Shown here piece by piece: positions 21,054 to 33,421 of a stretch of DNA of 64,000 nucleotides. The position numbers and the translations under genes are program-made. This DNA comes from an uncultured Chloroflexia bacterium (GTDB lineage Bacteria > Chloroflexota > Limnocylindria > QHBO01). The notes under the pieces were generated by a model. The model was not told the origin of the DNA, did not search any database, and saw only the letters and a list, made by a program, of their open reading frames with translations. Where the stretch lies: contig CAWGTN010000002.1 in NCBI GenBank assembly GCA_963825525.1, positions 1,280,001 to 1,344,000 on the forward strand, read 5' to 3'. Position 1 is the stretch's first letter. Each line of letters opens with the position of its first letter.

Positions 21054-22295
21054 TCACGCGGTCGGCAGCCGCTTGTGAAGGACGACCTGCTGGTCCTGCG
21101 TCACGCCGGTCGCAAACCCGGCCTCGCTCAGTGCCAGGTAGTACTCCCACGTCCGGATGAACCGGTCGTCGAAGCCCATGGCGCGGACGGCCGCCTCCTG
21201 AGCCATGAAGCGGGTGCGCCATTCGCTCAGCGTACGAACGTAATGCTGCGCGATGTCGGTGACCCGCTCGACCACGAGGCCGGTGCGGTGAAGGGTCCGC
21301 TCGATGACGGCCAGTGAGGGCAGCAGCCCGCCGGGGAAGATGTATGTCTGGATCCAGTTCGCCCCACCGGCCTGACGCTCCCAGCCGACATCCGGGACGG
21401 TGATCGTCTGCAGGCTCATCCGGCCGCCCTCCACCAGGGCGGCGTCACAGGCGCGGAAGAACGTCTCGAGGTACTCGGCCCCGACCGCCTCGAGCATCTC
21501 GATCGAGACCACGGCGTCGTAGCTGCCACTGATATCGCGGTAATCGCGCAGCTGGATGTCGACGAGGTGCTCCAGACCGGCGGCGGTGACGCGCTCGCGA
21601 GCGAGCTCCAGCTGACGCTGCGAGATCGTGATCGAGGTGACGCGGCAACCGAGCTCGCCGGCGGCGAAGATGGCGAACCCGCCCCAGCCAGACCCGATCT
21701 CCAGGACGTGCATCCCCTCGCGAATCGCCGCCCCCTCCGCGATGCGCCGGTACTTCGCGCGCTGCGCGTCGGCCAGGGACTGGTCCGGCGACTCGAACAC
21801 GGCGCTCGAGTAGGTCATCGTCTCGTCGAGCCACAGACGGTAGAAGTCGTTGCCCAGGTCGTAGTGCGCCGAGATGTTCTTCCGGCTTTGCTGCTCGGTA
21901 TTGCGGCGCAACCGATGCTCGATGACGCGGCGCAGCTGCATCGGCAGGCGGTACCAACCCGACGTCAGTGACAGTGCCCGGCGGTTCAGTGCGGCCAGCC
22001 GCAGGACCGACGCGATGTCGGGACTCGTCCACAGGCCGTCGACGTAGGCCTCGCCCGCGCCCGTCTCACCGCCGACCAGCATCCGGACGAACGCCTCGCG
22101 GTCGTGGATCCGGACCTCGGCCTGGAGATCGGAGGAGCGATCGCCGAACACGCGACGTGTGCCGTTCGGCATGACCGCGACCAGGCAGCCGGTGCGGATG
22201 CGTGACGCCCCGGCCAGGATGATGCGGGTTGCGGCCTGACCGAGCATTGATCCCGCTGCATCGCGCAGGCGCAGAGCCGGAAGTACGGCGGTCAT
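21054..22295 (-). CDS. Cfa/UfaM-family SAM-dependent fatty acyl methyltransferase
   Basis: NISAHYDLGNDFY, MTYSSA, LEIGSGWG, SIEMLEAVG, YIFPGG. Confidence 0.93.
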   Translation of the reverse strand: MTAVLPALRLRDAAGSMLGQAATRIILAGASRIRTGCLVAVMPNGTRRVFGDRSSDLQAEVRIHDREAFVRMLVGGETGAGEAYVDGLWTSPDIASVLRLAALNRRALSLTSGWYRLPMQLRRVIEHRLRRNTEQQSRKNISAHYDLGNDFYRLWLDETMTYSSAVFESPDQSLADAQRAKYRRIAEGAAIREGMHVLEIGSGWGGFAIFAAGELGCRVTSITISQRQLELARERVTAAGLEHLVDIQLRDYRDISGSYDAVVSIEMLEAVGAEYLETFFRACDAALVEGGRMSLQTITVPDVGWERQAGGANWIQTYIFPGGLLPSLAVIERTLHRTGLVVERVTDIAQHYVRTLSEWRTRFMAQEAAVRAMGFDDRFIRTWEYYLALSEAGFATGVTQDQQVVLHKRLPTA

Positions 22296-23032
22296 GAGGC
22301 AGCCTCTCGGTGCTTGTGGAACCGCGCCCCCAACCGCCACAGCCTCAGCGCGTGCACGTGGATCATGCCGATGGTCTTCTGCGTCATGAACGGGTACCGC
22401 ACCAGCATGCGCGCGACCGTCCTCGATTTCAACGGACGGCGACGAAGATCAAGGCTGGCGTGCAGCTGAAGCTCGTCGTCCTGCTCCAGGTTGATCGTCA
22501 AACGCAGCCGGTTGGATTCGTCCCGCACGCGCACCGTGTAGCTGCCGTGCAATGCGATGAACGGCGACACGTAGAACGCCTTGTCCATCGATGCCATGAA
22601 TGTCTCGCCGTCGTCGGCCGCTTCCAGCGTGTACAGGTGTCGTTCCAGGTGGGTGTTATGCACCTCAACGATCACGACCCGCAGCACGCCGCCCGCATCC
22701 CGACACAGGTAGAAGCTCGCGGGGTTGAACACGTAGCCGAAGACGCGGAGGCTGGTCACGAGGGTGATGCGCCACCCCTCCGGGTCGAAGTCCGCTGCGC
22801 GCAGATGAGCCCGCACCCGCGCGCGAAGATCGTCGGCCGGCGGGTCGAGATGATCGTCGTCGCGGAAGCTCAGGATGTTGCGCCGGTTCCGCGATACGAG
22901 AGGTGTGGATCGCGCCACCTCGTCGAGCTCGTCGAGATCGAGCGCGAAGTAGTAGACCTCGTGCTCCATGTCATACACGAACGGGCGAGCACGCCGATGC
23001 CGCACGACGCCTTCGAGAAGATGCGATCTCAC
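22292..23032 (-). CDS. DUF1365 family protein (UfaO-like)
   Basis: [40 protein letters not shown]. Confidence 0.9.
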   Translation of the reverse strand: MRSHLLEGVVRHRRARPFVYDMEHEVYYFALDLDELDEVARSTPLVSRNRRNILSFRDDDHLDPPADDLRARVRAHLRAADFDPEGWRITLVTSLRVFGYVFNPASFYLCRDAGGVLRVVIVEVHNTHLERHLYTLEAADDGETFMASMDKAFYVSPFIALHGSYTVRVRDESNRLRLTINLEQDDELQLHASLDLRRRPLKSRTVARMLVRYPFMTQKTIGMIHVHALRLWRLGARFHKHREAAS

Positions 23033-24300
23033 GCCGCCATCTCCAACGAGCTCGCGCCGATCAGCTCCGCGGCCGCGAATCCCGCGCGACACCCGTCCTC
23101 GTGAAAGCCGTAGCCGAGATGCGCGCCGGCGTACCACGTCGAGCGCGACCCCTGCAGCTCACCGATCGCGACCTGCGCCTCGAGCGTGCGGAACGTATAG
23201 AGCGGATGGCTCATCGGCCGCTCGGCGATGATCGTGTCGGGTCGGAGATCGGGCCCGGGGTTGACGGTGACGCAGTACTGCGTCGGACCGGGAATCGATT
23301 GCAGTCGATTCATGTGATAGGTCATGGTCAGCGCTTCGCCCGGCATCCGACAATCCGCCTCGACGACGTTCCATGACGCGCGAGCGGCGTGCTTGCTCGG
23401 CAGCACGCGCGCGTCCGTGTGGAGCACCACCCGGTTTTCGGTGTATTCGAAGCCACCCAGGGCAGCGCGCTCGGCCGCGTCCGCATCGCGCATCAGCCGA
23501 AGCGCGTCGTCGGCATGGGTGGCCATCACGACACCATCGAAGTGCTCGGTGTGGCCGCTCTCGGTGGAGACTGTCACGCCAGCGAGGTTGCGCCTGACGT
23601 CAACGACGCCATCACCCTGGGACACGGTGCCGGCCGGCAGCCGCTCGAGGATGCGCTCGACATACGAGCGCGATCCGCCCGCGACGGTCCTCCAGGGGTG
23701 GGCATTTCCGTAGCCGATGAGGCCGTGGTGATCCAGGAACCGGAGCAGGTAGTCGACCGGAAAGTCGAGGATCTGGTTGGCGGCAGTTGACCACACCGCG
23801 GAGGTCAGCGGGACGAGAAAGTGGCTTCGGAACTCGAGGCCGTAGCCCCTCTCGTCGAGGAACGATCCGAGCGTCTGGTGGATCACACCTTCGTCCAGCA
23901 CCCCCCGCGCATCGCGGTAGAAGCGAAGGATGTCGTTGAGCATCGTCCAGTGGCGGCGCCGGCCGAGGGACTCGGGCTGGGCAAAGTAGCCGCGCAGGCC
24001 TCGTGTGCTGTACTCGAGATTGCACGAGCGGCATGACCCGCTGAGAGACATGTCGCTCGGCTGGGTCGCAACGTCCAGCTCGGCGAGGAGATTCACGAAG
24101 GTGGGGTAGGTGCGCTCGTTGTAGACGATGAACCCGGTGTCGATCGCAACCGGCCCCCGCGGCGTCTCAACCTCCACCGTCTTGACGTGCCCTCCGACCG
24201 CGGGCTCGCGCTCGAAGAGCCTCACATCGTGACCGTCGCGTGACAACGCGTAGGTCGCGGTCAGGCCGCTCACACCCGAGCCGATGACGGCAACTCTCAC
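23029..24300 (-). CDS. FAD-dependent oxidoreductase COG2907 (UfaD-like)
   Basis: [33 protein letters not shown]. Confidence 0.92.
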   Translation of the reverse strand: MRVAVIGSGVSGLTATYALSRDGHDVRLFEREPAVGGHVKTVEVETPRGPVAIDTGFIVYNERTYPTFVNLLAELDVATQPSDMSLSGSCRSCNLEYSTRGLRGYFAQPESLGRRRHWTMLNDILRFYRDARGVLDEGVIHQTLGSFLDERGYGLEFRSHFLVPLTSAVWSTAANQILDFPVDYLLRFLDHHGLIGYGNAHPWRTVAGGSRSYVERILERLPAGTVSQGDGVVDVRRNLAGVTVSTESGHTEHFDGVVMATHADDALRLMRDADAAERAALGGFEYTENRVVLHTDARVLPSKHAARASWNVVEADCRMPGEALTMTYHMNRLQSIPGPTQYCVTVNPGPDLRPDTIIAERPMSHPLYTFRTLEAQVAIGELQGSRSTWYAGAHLGYGFHEDGCRAGFAAAELIGASSLEMAA

Positions 24301-24761
24301 GAGACCCTCGGGCCCGATGCCACTCGGCTGTCGAGCGTCTTCTCCATCCCGCCGGCCGCATCTCGACCGATCCGCGCGAAGATGCTGCCCATGAACGGCT
24401 GTGCCAGCCGCAGGAGCCCGCCCATTCGAATGTCGGCGATGTACTCGATGCGCGTGCGCCCACCGCTCTCGCCGAACCGGATGTCGTCAATGGCGGATAC
24501 GCCCGATCCCTTGCCCGCCAGAACAACTCGATGGGGCGCCTCGAGCGTCGTGATCTCGTACTCCATCGGCGCCGTGCGCCCGCCCATGCGGACCTGGAGC
24601 TCGTACCGGGTGCCGACCCGAATCGGCTCGTCGGCATTGCCCAGGCGCCGCGCCGATTCGACGCCGGGGTCCCACTCCGCCGAGCTCACGAAATCGGCGA
24701 CGTAGTCGAACGCTTCGATGAGCGGGAGATCGGTGGTGATCTGCTCGCGGATGGTCGTCAT
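24297..24761 (-). CDS. SRPBCC/START-like lipid-binding protein
   Basis: AFDYVADF...EWDPGV pattern; overlaps the next gene. Confidence 0.85.
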   Translation of the reverse strand: MTTIREQITTDLPLIEAFDYVADFVSSAEWDPGVESARRLGNADEPIRVGTRYELQVRMGGRTAPMEYEITTLEAPHRVVLAGKGSGVSAIDDIRFGESGGRTRIEYIADIRMGGLLRLAQPFMGSIFARIGRDAAGGMEKTLDSRVASGPRVS

Positions 24762-24796
24762 TGGTGGCTCCGATCGATGTGGGTCATCATTGCGAG

Positions 24797-25786
24797 GTGC
24801 TGAACAACGTCGTGGACACGTTCCTGGAGTTATCCGTCGTCGGCAGCTTCACGCGTATTGGATACGTGATCCGGCGGCGGCTGCATGACTGGTCGGACCC
24901 CCCGTCGGCTGCCCTCTCGGGCCAGACCGTGCTTGTTACTGGGCCGACCTCCGGACTGGGGCGAGAGGCAACGAATCAGCTCGCGGCCCTTGGCGCCCGC
25001 GTGATCCTCGTAGGACGCAGTCCCGACAAGCTGTCCGCTCTTGCTGCGGAACTGACTCAACTGCACAAAGAGGACCGGTTTCCGACGGTTGAGGCCGATC
25101 TCGGTTCGCTCGAGTCGATCCGGGCGGCGGTCGAGCGGGTCCTCGCGACCGAAGAGCGGCTCGATGCGTTGATTGACAACGCCGGCGCAATCTTCCCGGA
25201 GCGTCACGAAGGACCCGATGGGATCGAAGCCAGCCTTGCGCTGCTCGTGGTCGGTCCGTTCGCGCTGACGGCCGGCCTGCTGCCCCTTCTCGAACGGACT
25301 CCCGACGCGCGCGTCATCGCCGTGACCTCCGGCGGCATGTACACCCAGCCGCTCGATCTCGACGATCTGCAGCTCGAGGACACGGAGTACTCAGGCGCGA
25401 GCGCCTATGCGCGGTCGAAGCGCGCCCAGGTGGCGCTCATCCGCGAGTGGTCGCGACGCATCGGCGGGCGGGGCGTTCGCTTCAACGCGATGCACCCCGG
25501 CTGGGCCGACACACCCGGTCTGTCCGAGATGCTCCCGGGGTTCTATCGACTCATGGGACCCGTTCTGCGCAGCCCGGCCGAGGGAATCGACACGCTCGTG
25601 TGGCTCGTGGCCGATCCGAGCGTCGGATCGCCGGGAGGAAGGCTCTTCCTCGATCGAAGGCCACGACCATTCGACCGATTGCCCTCGACCAGGCTCAGCG
25701 CGGCCGATCGGCGGCGGCTCTGGGACGAGATCGTTCGCCTCGCGAACGTCGAGGATCCGCTGCCCGAGGGTCCGATCCGAACCTGA
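24797..25786 (+). CDS. Short-chain dehydrogenase/reductase, DHRS12-like
   Basis: TGPTSGLG, NAG, YARSK, MHPGWADTPG. Confidence 0.9.
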   Translation: MLNNVVDTFLELSVVGSFTRIGYVIRRRLHDWSDPPSAALSGQTVLVTGPTSGLGREATNQLAALGARVILVGRSPDKLSALAAELTQLHKEDRFPTVEADLGSLESIRAAVERVLATEERLDALIDNAGAIFPERHEGPDGIEASLALLVVGPFALTAGLLPLLERTPDARVIAVTSGGMYTQPLDLDDLQLEDTEYSGASAYARSKRAQVALIREWSRRIGGRGVRFNAMHPGWADTPGLSEMLPGFYRLMGPVLRSPAEGIDTLVWLVADPSVGSPGGRLFLDRRPRPFDRLPSTRLSAADRRRLWDEIVRLANVEDPLPEGPIRT

Positions 25787-25787
25787 A

Positions 25788-26690
25788 TCAGTGCTCCGCC
25801 GCCGGCAGCTCGGCGCCGAAGTGCGCCGCGCAGAACGCGGCGAGCGCCTCGACCCAGGGCGCAATGGTCGGCGAGGCATAGCTGGTGGGATTCCAGGCAG
25901 CGAAGAGTGGAATTCGCAGCGCGTCACCGTTCGCGTCCAGGATGCTCATCGGGTGAAGGCCGTAGCGAGGGTCGTCCGACACCACTGCCACACCGTGCCC
26001 GGAGGCGGCCATGGCCTGGGCGATCTGGGGCGAGTCCGTCTGGTGCGCACGTTGGTACGCGATGCCTGCGGCGGCGGCCGCCGCGTCGAATACCCGTCGC
26101 GTCCCGTGCTCCGGGCCGAGCATGACGAGCGGCTCGGACCCCAGCTCGTGGATCGGCAGACGACGCCGCCGCGCCCAGCGATGGCTCCGGGGCACATAGG
26201 CCCACACCGCAAAGCGAACCAGGGGGCGGACCTCCATCCCACCCGGCGGCGGCCCCGAACTCACCGCGAGGTCCGCCTGGCCGGACACCAGCGCGTCGAA
26301 CACGGCACTCGGCAGCTCCTCGCGAATGGTGAGGCCAGGTGCATCCGGGCCGCTCGTGGCGAGGAATGGCGCGATCACGTCCGCGACGGTCGTCGCGGGC
26401 GCCACGACACTGAACGGCGTCGGCTGTCCGGCGGCAAACGCCTCCATGGCACCTTCTGCCGCCAACGCGCGAGCGACGAGGTCACGAGCCATCGGCATGA
26501 ACCGCTCCCCGGCGGGCGTGAGGCGCATGCCGGACGGGCCGCGGTCGAACAGCCGGCACCCGAGCTCCTGCTCCAACGCACGAAGCTGCCGCGACAGGGA
26601 TGGCTGCGCAACGCGGACGAACGCCGCGGCGCGCGTCACCGACCGCTGGTCCGCGACAGCCAGAAAGTAGCGGGCGTGACGAAGCTCCAT
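25788..26690 (-). CDS. LysR family transcriptional regulator
   Basis: MELRHARYFLAVA..SVTRAA..VAQPSLSRQLRALEQELG. Confidence 0.93.
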   Translation of the reverse strand: MELRHARYFLAVADQRSVTRAAAFVRVAQPSLSRQLRALEQELGCRLFDRGPSGMRLTPAGERFMPMARDLVARALAAEGAMEAFAAGQPTPFSVVAPATTVADVIAPFLATSGPDAPGLTIREELPSAVFDALVSGQADLAVSSGPPPGGMEVRPLVRFAVWAYVPRSHRWARRRRLPIHELGSEPLVMLGPEHGTRRVFDAAAAAAGIAYQRAHQTDSPQIAQAMAASGHGVAVVSDDPRYGLHPMSILDANGDALRIPLFAAWNPTSYASPTIAPWVEALAAFCAAHFGAELPAAEH

Positions 26691-26710
26691 GGTGCGTTGG
26701 CCTCCACCGT

Positions 26711-26727
26711 CATGCCTGTGAAGCATG
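26711..26727. promoter_or_regulatory. LysR recognition box (T-N11-A)
   Basis: CATGC-N7-GCATG between lysR and the divergent ABC operon. Confidence 0.6.
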
Positions 26728-26821
26728 GATCAGTAGCGATACAGGTATTGGACAAGAATGCCTCATCGCGCGGAAACTGCGCGCCAACGTCGGCCACGTC
26801 ATGGAGGAGGTCCGAGAACCG

Positions 26822-28462
26822 ATGCATTCGCATCGCACCGCGCGACTCGTCGCGCTGCTCGCTGGAGCTGCACTGATCCTTGCCGCCTGCGGAACGCAGG
26901 CTCAGAGCCCGGGCACGAGCGCGGGACCCACCGATGACGGTGGAGAGACAACTCCGCCACCGAGCCAGGCGGCCGGTCCGGACCTCCTGAAGGTCGCAAC
27001 GACGGCTGCGGTCACCACCTGGGATCCGGTCGCGTCATTCTCGACCGAAGCCTTCTACATGGCGAATATCTACGAGCCCCTGCTGCGGGTGAATCCGCCG
27101 GACGCCGGTGACGAATTCACGCCGGTCCTGGCGGAGACATGGGAGACGTCGGACGACGGCCTGACCTGGACCTTCAACCTGCGCGCGGGCGTCACCTTCC
27201 ACGATGGCGAGCCGATGGATGCCGACGCGGTGGTCGCATCGATCGAGGCGGCCAAGGAGCGCGCCGGCGCGTCGTTCATCTGGCTTCCGCTCGACACCAT
27301 CGAGGCGGTCGACGATCAGACGGTGGAGATGACGCTGAGCTACGCCGCACCCATGGATCTCGTCGCCAGCTCCCTGTACGGGGCCTGGATCATCAGCCCC
27401 GCGGCCCTGGCCGCGTTCGCGGAGGACGAGACCTACTTCGAGGACGGCGTCGACGGCGGCACCGGTCCCTACACCATCGACTCCTACACCCCGGGCGAGG
27501 AGGTCGTGCTCACGGCCTACGAGAACTACTGGGGTGGCTGGGACGACGCCAACCACTACGAGACGGTCCTCGTGTCGATCACGCCGGAGGCCGTGGTCCG
27601 GCAGCAGATGCTCGAGGGCGGCGATGTCGACCTGGCGTTCAGCCTGCCGACGGAGAACATCGACACCTTCCGGGATAATCCCGAATTCACGGTCCTCGAG
27701 GAGCCCTCGTTCTTCAACTACGTCGGCCTCTTCAATACCCAGCGCGCCCCGCTCGATGACCCGCTCGTTCGCCAGGCGCTGAGCTACGCGCTGCCGTATG
27801 ACGACATCATCCAGGCCGGCGCCGGCGGCTTTGGGACGCAGTCACGAGGTCCGGTGCCGCAGGGCGTCTTCCCATGGTCGGAGGACGTGCCGCAGTACGA
27901 GCAGGACCTCGACATGGCTCGAGACCTGCTCGCCCAGGCGGGACTCGAGGATGGCTTCTCGATTGAGATGACCTATGCCAGCGAGAACCAGAACGAGGAG
28001 CGCTTCGCGCCGCTCATCGCGGACGCCTTCGGTGAGATCGGCGTCGAGGTGGAGATCACGCCGATGCTCTTCAGCCAGCAGTGGGAGCGCGCCAAGGGCG
28101 ATCCCGAGGGACGCCAGGACCTGTTCCTGCTCCTCTACTGGCCGACCTACTCCGATGCCGGATCGGACAACCTGTGGTCCCTGTTCCGCAGCAGCGAGGC
28201 GCCGTTCTTCAACCTCTCCTACTGGGAGAACGCGGAGTACGACGCCCTCATCGACGAGGCTGGCGGCCTGACCGCCACCGATCGCGACGCAGCGCAGGAG
28301 AAGTACACCGACGCAATGCAGCTCCTGGTCGACCAGGCGGCTGGCCTGTTCTTCTACGACACGCAGGAGATCGTCGCAGTCCCGGCCCACGTCGGTGGCT
28401 ACGACTACAACCTGAACTACCCGTTCGCGCAGTTCTTCTACCCGCTCCACCCGGCCGAGTAG
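26822..28462 (+). CDS. ABC transporter substrate-binding lipoprotein, family 5 (Opp/Dpp)
   Basis: Lipobox LAAC; WTFNLRAGVTFHDG; GTGPY; VRQALSYA. Confidence 0.93.
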   Translation: MHSHRTARLVALLAGAALILAACGTQAQSPGTSAGPTDDGGETTPPPSQAAGPDLLKVATTAAVTTWDPVASFSTEAFYMANIYEPLLRVNPPDAGDEFTPVLAETWETSDDGLTWTFNLRAGVTFHDGEPMDADAVVASIEAAKERAGASFIWLPLDTIEAVDDQTVEMTLSYAAPMDLVASSLYGAWIISPAALAAFAEDETYFEDGVDGGTGPYTIDSYTPGEEVVLTAYENYWGGWDDANHYETVLVSITPEAVVRQQMLEGGDVDLAFSLPTENIDTFRDNPEFTVLEEPSFFNYVGLFNTQRAPLDDPLVRQALSYALPYDDIIQAGAGGFGTQSRGPVPQGVFPWSEDVPQYEQDLDMARDLLAQAGLEDGFSIEMTYASENQNEERFAPLIADAFGEIGVEVEITPMLFSQQWERAKGDPEGRQDLFLLLYWPTYSDAGSDNLWSLFRSSEAPFFNLSYWENAEYDALIDEAGGLTATDRDAAQEKYTDAMQLLVDQAAGLFFYDTQEIVAVPAHVGGYDYNLNYPFAQFFYPLHPAE

Positions 28463-28480
28463 CGGGCACCGGATTCATGG

Positions 28481-28512
28481 CGCCGGTCGGAGGATCCGTC
28501 CCCCGACCGGCG
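28481..28512 (+). terminator. GC-rich hairpin after the binding-protein gene (mRNA stabiliser or terminator)
   Basis: CGCCGGTCGG-N12-CCGACCGGCG with no U-tract; TACGAT follows immediately. Confidence 0.45.
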
Positions 28513-28528
28513 TACGATCCCTGCACCC

Positions 28529-29545
28529 ATGAGACGCTTCCTCGGACGCCGACTCGGGACGGCGATCCTCGTCCTGTTCGGCGTCTCGCTCGTCACGTTC
28601 ACCCTGGCGCGCGTCATCCCGTCGAATCCCGCGGCGCTCTATATCGGTCCGCGCGCGCGGGCGGAGGAAATCGCCCGGGTGGCGGAGGAGCTGGGGCTGA
28701 ACCGGCCACTGCCACTTCAGTACGTGGATTACATGGGCGACATGCTCACCGGCGATTGGGGCACGTCGATCGGGACCAAGCGACCGGTCCTGTCCGAGAT
28801 CCTCGATCGGCTGCCGGCCACGCTGGAGCTGCTCATCACCGCCATGCTCATCGCCGTCCTGGTCGGGACGCTCCTGGGGGTCCTGAGTGCCCAGTGGCGC
28901 GGACGTCCGCCCGACCTCGTGGTTCGTCTCATCGCGATCGCCGGCGTCTCGATGCCGGCGTTCTGGCTCGGACTTCTGCTGCAGGTGCTCTTCTTCCGAC
29001 AGCTTGACCTGCTGCCCTTGTCCGGCCGGCTGGACACCGATATCCGCTTCCTCTCGCCGATCACCGACGTCACCGGTTTCTTCACGATCGATGCCCTGGT
29101 CACCGGCAACTGGGTCGCCTTCGGCGATGCGCTCGCCCACCTCGTCCTCCCCGCGGTGACGCTCGCCGCCTACCCGGTCGGCCTGATCGCCCGCATGACC
29201 CGCGCCTCCATGCTCGAGGCGCTGGGCCAGGACTACGTGCGGTCGGCACGGGCCTTCGGCATCGCAGAGCGGACGGTCGTGTATCGGCTGGCCCTTCGGA
29301 ACGCCCTGCCGCCGACGCTCACCGTGCTGGGCCTCACGCTGGCCTACTCGCTCACCGGGGCGTTCTTCGTGGAGATCGTCTTCAACTGGCCGGGGCTCGG
29401 GCAGTTCGCGGTCGACGCGCTGCTCAACGTCGACTACCCCGCCGTCATGGGGATCGCCTTGCTCGGCGCTGCCGGCTACGTGCTCATCAACCTTGCCGTC
29501 GACATCGCCCAGGCCTGGATCGATCCGAGGGTGAGGCTCACATGA
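28529..29545 (+). CDS. Peptide/nickel ABC transporter permease (DppB-like)
   Basis: RLPATLEL, DYVRSARAFG, FNWPGLG. Confidence 0.93.
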   Translation: MRRFLGRRLGTAILVLFGVSLVTFTLARVIPSNPAALYIGPRARAEEIARVAEELGLNRPLPLQYVDYMGDMLTGDWGTSIGTKRPVLSEILDRLPATLELLITAMLIAVLVGTLLGVLSAQWRGRPPDLVVRLIAIAGVSMPAFWLGLLLQVLFFRQLDLLPLSGRLDTDIRFLSPITDVTGFFTIDALVTGNWVAFGDALAHLVLPAVTLAAYPVGLIARMTRASMLEALGQDYVRSARAFGIAERTVVYRLALRNALPPTLTVLGLTLAYSLTGAFFVEIVFNWPGLGQFAVDALLNVDYPAVMGIALLGAAGYVLINLAVDIAQAWIDPRVRLT

Positions 29546-30437
29546 TCGGCACGAACGTCGAGGCGGTCCTCGCGCCGCAGGAGCTGCCGTCGCGGGACCG
29601 GAGCCGGGTTCTGCGAGCGCTGCTCGGCGATCCACTCAGCCTGGTCGGGCTGGCGCTCATCACGGTGTTGATTGTCGCGGCCGCCTTCGGGCCATGGCTG
29701 GCCCCGTTTCCTGAGCAGGGAGCCGGCCAGACGAACATCGGCGAGGCGCTGCTGCCACCGGGCGGCGATCATCTGCTCGGGACCGATCGGCTCGGCAGGG
29801 ACATGCTGAGCCGGATCATCCTCGGCGCGCGACCTGCGGTCCTCGTGTCGCTGCTGGTGGTCGGCCTGGCCGTCCTCATCGGCGCGCCGCTCGGCGCGAT
29901 CGCCGGCTATCGCGGAGGTCGACTGGACGAGGCCCTCATGCGCTTCACCGACCTGTTTCTCGCATTTCCGCCGCTCCTGCTCGCGATGGCGATCATCGCC
30001 GCACTCGGGCCCGGCCTCGAACGCGCGGCGCTCGCCCTCGCCATCAGCTGGTGGCCCTGGTACGCGCGCATCACCCGGGGCGTCGCCGCCTCGCTGCGCG
30101 AGCGCCCGTTCGTCGACGCGGCGCGGTCGATCGGTGTCCCCGAGCGGACCATCGTGCGGCGACACATCCTTCCGAACGCCCTCTCTCCAATCCTGGTGCA
30201 GGCGACGGTGGACGTCGGAACCGTCATCCTTGCAGCCGGGTCACTGGCCTTCATCGGCCTGGGCGCCCGACCCCCCGCCCCTGACTGGGGCCTCATGGTC
30301 AGCGAGGGGCGCACCTTCATCCTCGACCAGTGGTGGTACGCCGGATTCCCCGGTCTCGCCATCTTTCTGTCGGTGCTCGGCTTCAACCTGGTGGGGGACA
30401 CGCTTCGCGACATCTTCGACCCGCGGCAGGTACGCCG

Positions 30438-30441
<4 letters not shown>
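29542..30441 (+). CDS. Peptide/nickel ABC transporter permease (DppC-like)
   Basis: HLLGTDRLGRD, FVDAARSIG, HILPN. Confidence 0.93.
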
Positions 30442-31441
<1,000 letters not shown>

Positions 31442-31445
<4 letters not shown>

Positions 31446-32486
31446 GCGGCGAACGATCGAACGCGGCACCTCTGGTCGAAATTCGCGATCTCGTCGTCGA
31501 GTACGTCACTCGTGGCATCCACGGGGGACGCCCGGTGCGGGCGGTCGCCGGCGTCTCGCTCGAAATCGCCGCCGGCGAGGTCTACGCCATCGTCGGGGAG
31601 TCGGGTTCCGGGAAGACGACCCTCGCACGGACGCTGCTGCGCCTCGTTGATGCGACGTCCGGGGAGATCACGCTCGGCGGGCAGGGGATCACGCGCGTCT
31701 CCGGGGAAAGCCTTCGCCGCCTGAGGCGCCGAATGCAGATCGTCTACCAGGACCCGGCCGGGTCACTCGACCCACGGATGCCGGTGAGCGAGCTCGTGGC
31801 CGAGCCGCTGCGCACCCACGAAACGCTGCGATCCTCCGAGCTCGGAGTCGCGCGTGCTCGAGCTGCTCACGGACGTCGGCCTCGGCAGGCAGCATCTGTC
31901 GCGCCGTCCTCACGAGCTCTCCGGCGGACAGGCACAACGCGTCGCGATCGCGCGGGCACTGGCCCTGCGGCCCGAGCTGGTTGTGCTGGACGAACCCACC
32001 TCCGCACTCGATGTCTCCGTCCAGGCCCAGATCCTCAACCTGCTCGGCGACCTCCGATCCGCGCACGGGCTCACCTACCTCCTCATCTCCCACGACCTCG
32101 GGGTCGTGCGACACCTCGCCGATCGCGTCGGGGTCATGTACCTCGGCCGCATGGTCGAGGAGTCGCCAGCCGAGTCGCTGTTCGCCGATCCCGGCCACCC
32201 ATACACGGAGGCCCTGCTCAGATCGGCGATCGAGCCCGGCCGACGTGACGGCGCCGACGATGGCGCCGCGCGGGCGCCGATCGGCGACATTCCGTCGCCG
32301 CTCGATCCGCCCACCGGCTGCCGATTCCATCCGCGCTGCTGGCTGCGCGAGCAGCTCGAGCATCCGGCCGTCTGCGCCAGCGACGAGCCGGTCCTGAAGC
32401 CCCCGCTGGACGGCGGCGAGCGCCGGGCCGCGTGCCATTTCGCAGATCACCTACACCCGTCATCCGAATCACGGAGAGCCTCATGA
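31442..32486 (+). CDS. Peptide ABC transporter ATPase (DppF-like; frameshift near 31850)
   Basis: GESGSGKT, then [33 protein letters not shown]. Confidence 0.9.
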
Positions 32487-33415
32487 ACCGTCTCTTCGGC
32501 GTCGTCGCCGCCCAGGTCGCCCCCATACCGTTCGACACCGAAGCCACCTGGGCGAAATTCGAGCGAGAGGTTCGCCTGCTCTCGAGGCTGAGCCCTGAGC
32601 TCGACCTCTACGTCTTTCCCGAGCTCTACCTCACCGCGACCGGCACCTACGGGGATGACTACCCGCCGGGCTATGAGCGGCGCGTGGCCGAGGAGATCCC
32701 CGGTCCGCTCACCGAGCGACTCTCGGCGCTCGCGAGGGCGGTTGGCCGATGGATCGTCCCCGGGTCGATCTTCGAGCGCGACGGCGAGCGGATTCACAAC
32801 ACGGCGCTCGTATTCGCGCCGGACGGGACCCTGCACGCGCGATATCGGAAGGTGTTCCCGTGGATGCCGTACGAGCAGACGGACCCCGGGGACGAGTACG
32901 TCACGTTCGACATTCCCGAGGTCGGTCGCTTCGGACTCGCCATCTGCTACGACGGCTGGGTCCCCGAGATCATGCGTGCCCTGGCATGGCAGGGAGCCGA
33001 GGTGATCATCCAGCCAACCCTGACGCAGACGATCGATCGCGAGCAGGAGCTGATCATCGCTCGCGCAAATGCGATCACGAACCAGGTGTACGTCATCAAC
33101 CCCAACTACGGACGGCTGTTCGGCACGGGTCGCAGTGTGGTCGTGGATCCCGAGGGACGAATCCTGGCGGAGGGCGGGTCCGGCGAGGAGTTCCTGACCG
33201 TGACCGTCGACCTCGACCTCGTCCGGGCGGTGCGTGAAAACGGCACCGCTCGCCTGAATCCGGTGTGGAAGCAGCTCCGCGACTTCCCGCCGCCACCGTT
33301 CCCGCAGTACGTGAACGGGCGATTCGTCGAGGGCGACATGATGCGCAACCTGGGACCGCTGCGTCCGGAACGACGGCGCGTGGTGGCAGGCGGAAACGGG
33401 GATGGATCCGGCTGA
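32483..33415 (+). CDS. Carbon-nitrogen hydrolase (nitrilase superfamily)
   Basis: Glu-Lys-Cys triad: FPELY, YRK, ICYD. Confidence 0.92.
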   Translation: MNRLFGVVAAQVAPIPFDTEATWAKFEREVRLLSRLSPELDLYVFPELYLTATGTYGDDYPPGYERRVAEEIPGPLTERLSALARAVGRWIVPGSIFERDGERIHNTALVFAPDGTLHARYRKVFPWMPYEQTDPGDEYVTFDIPEVGRFGLAICYDGWVPEIMRALAWQGAEVIIQPTLTQTIDREQELIIARANAITNQVYVINPNYGRLFGTGRSVVVDPEGRILAEGGSGEEFLTVTVDLDLVRAVRENGTARLNPVWKQLRDFPPPPFPQYVNGRFVEGDMMRNLGPLRPERRRVVAGGNGDGSG

Positions 33416-33421
33416 GCCCGG

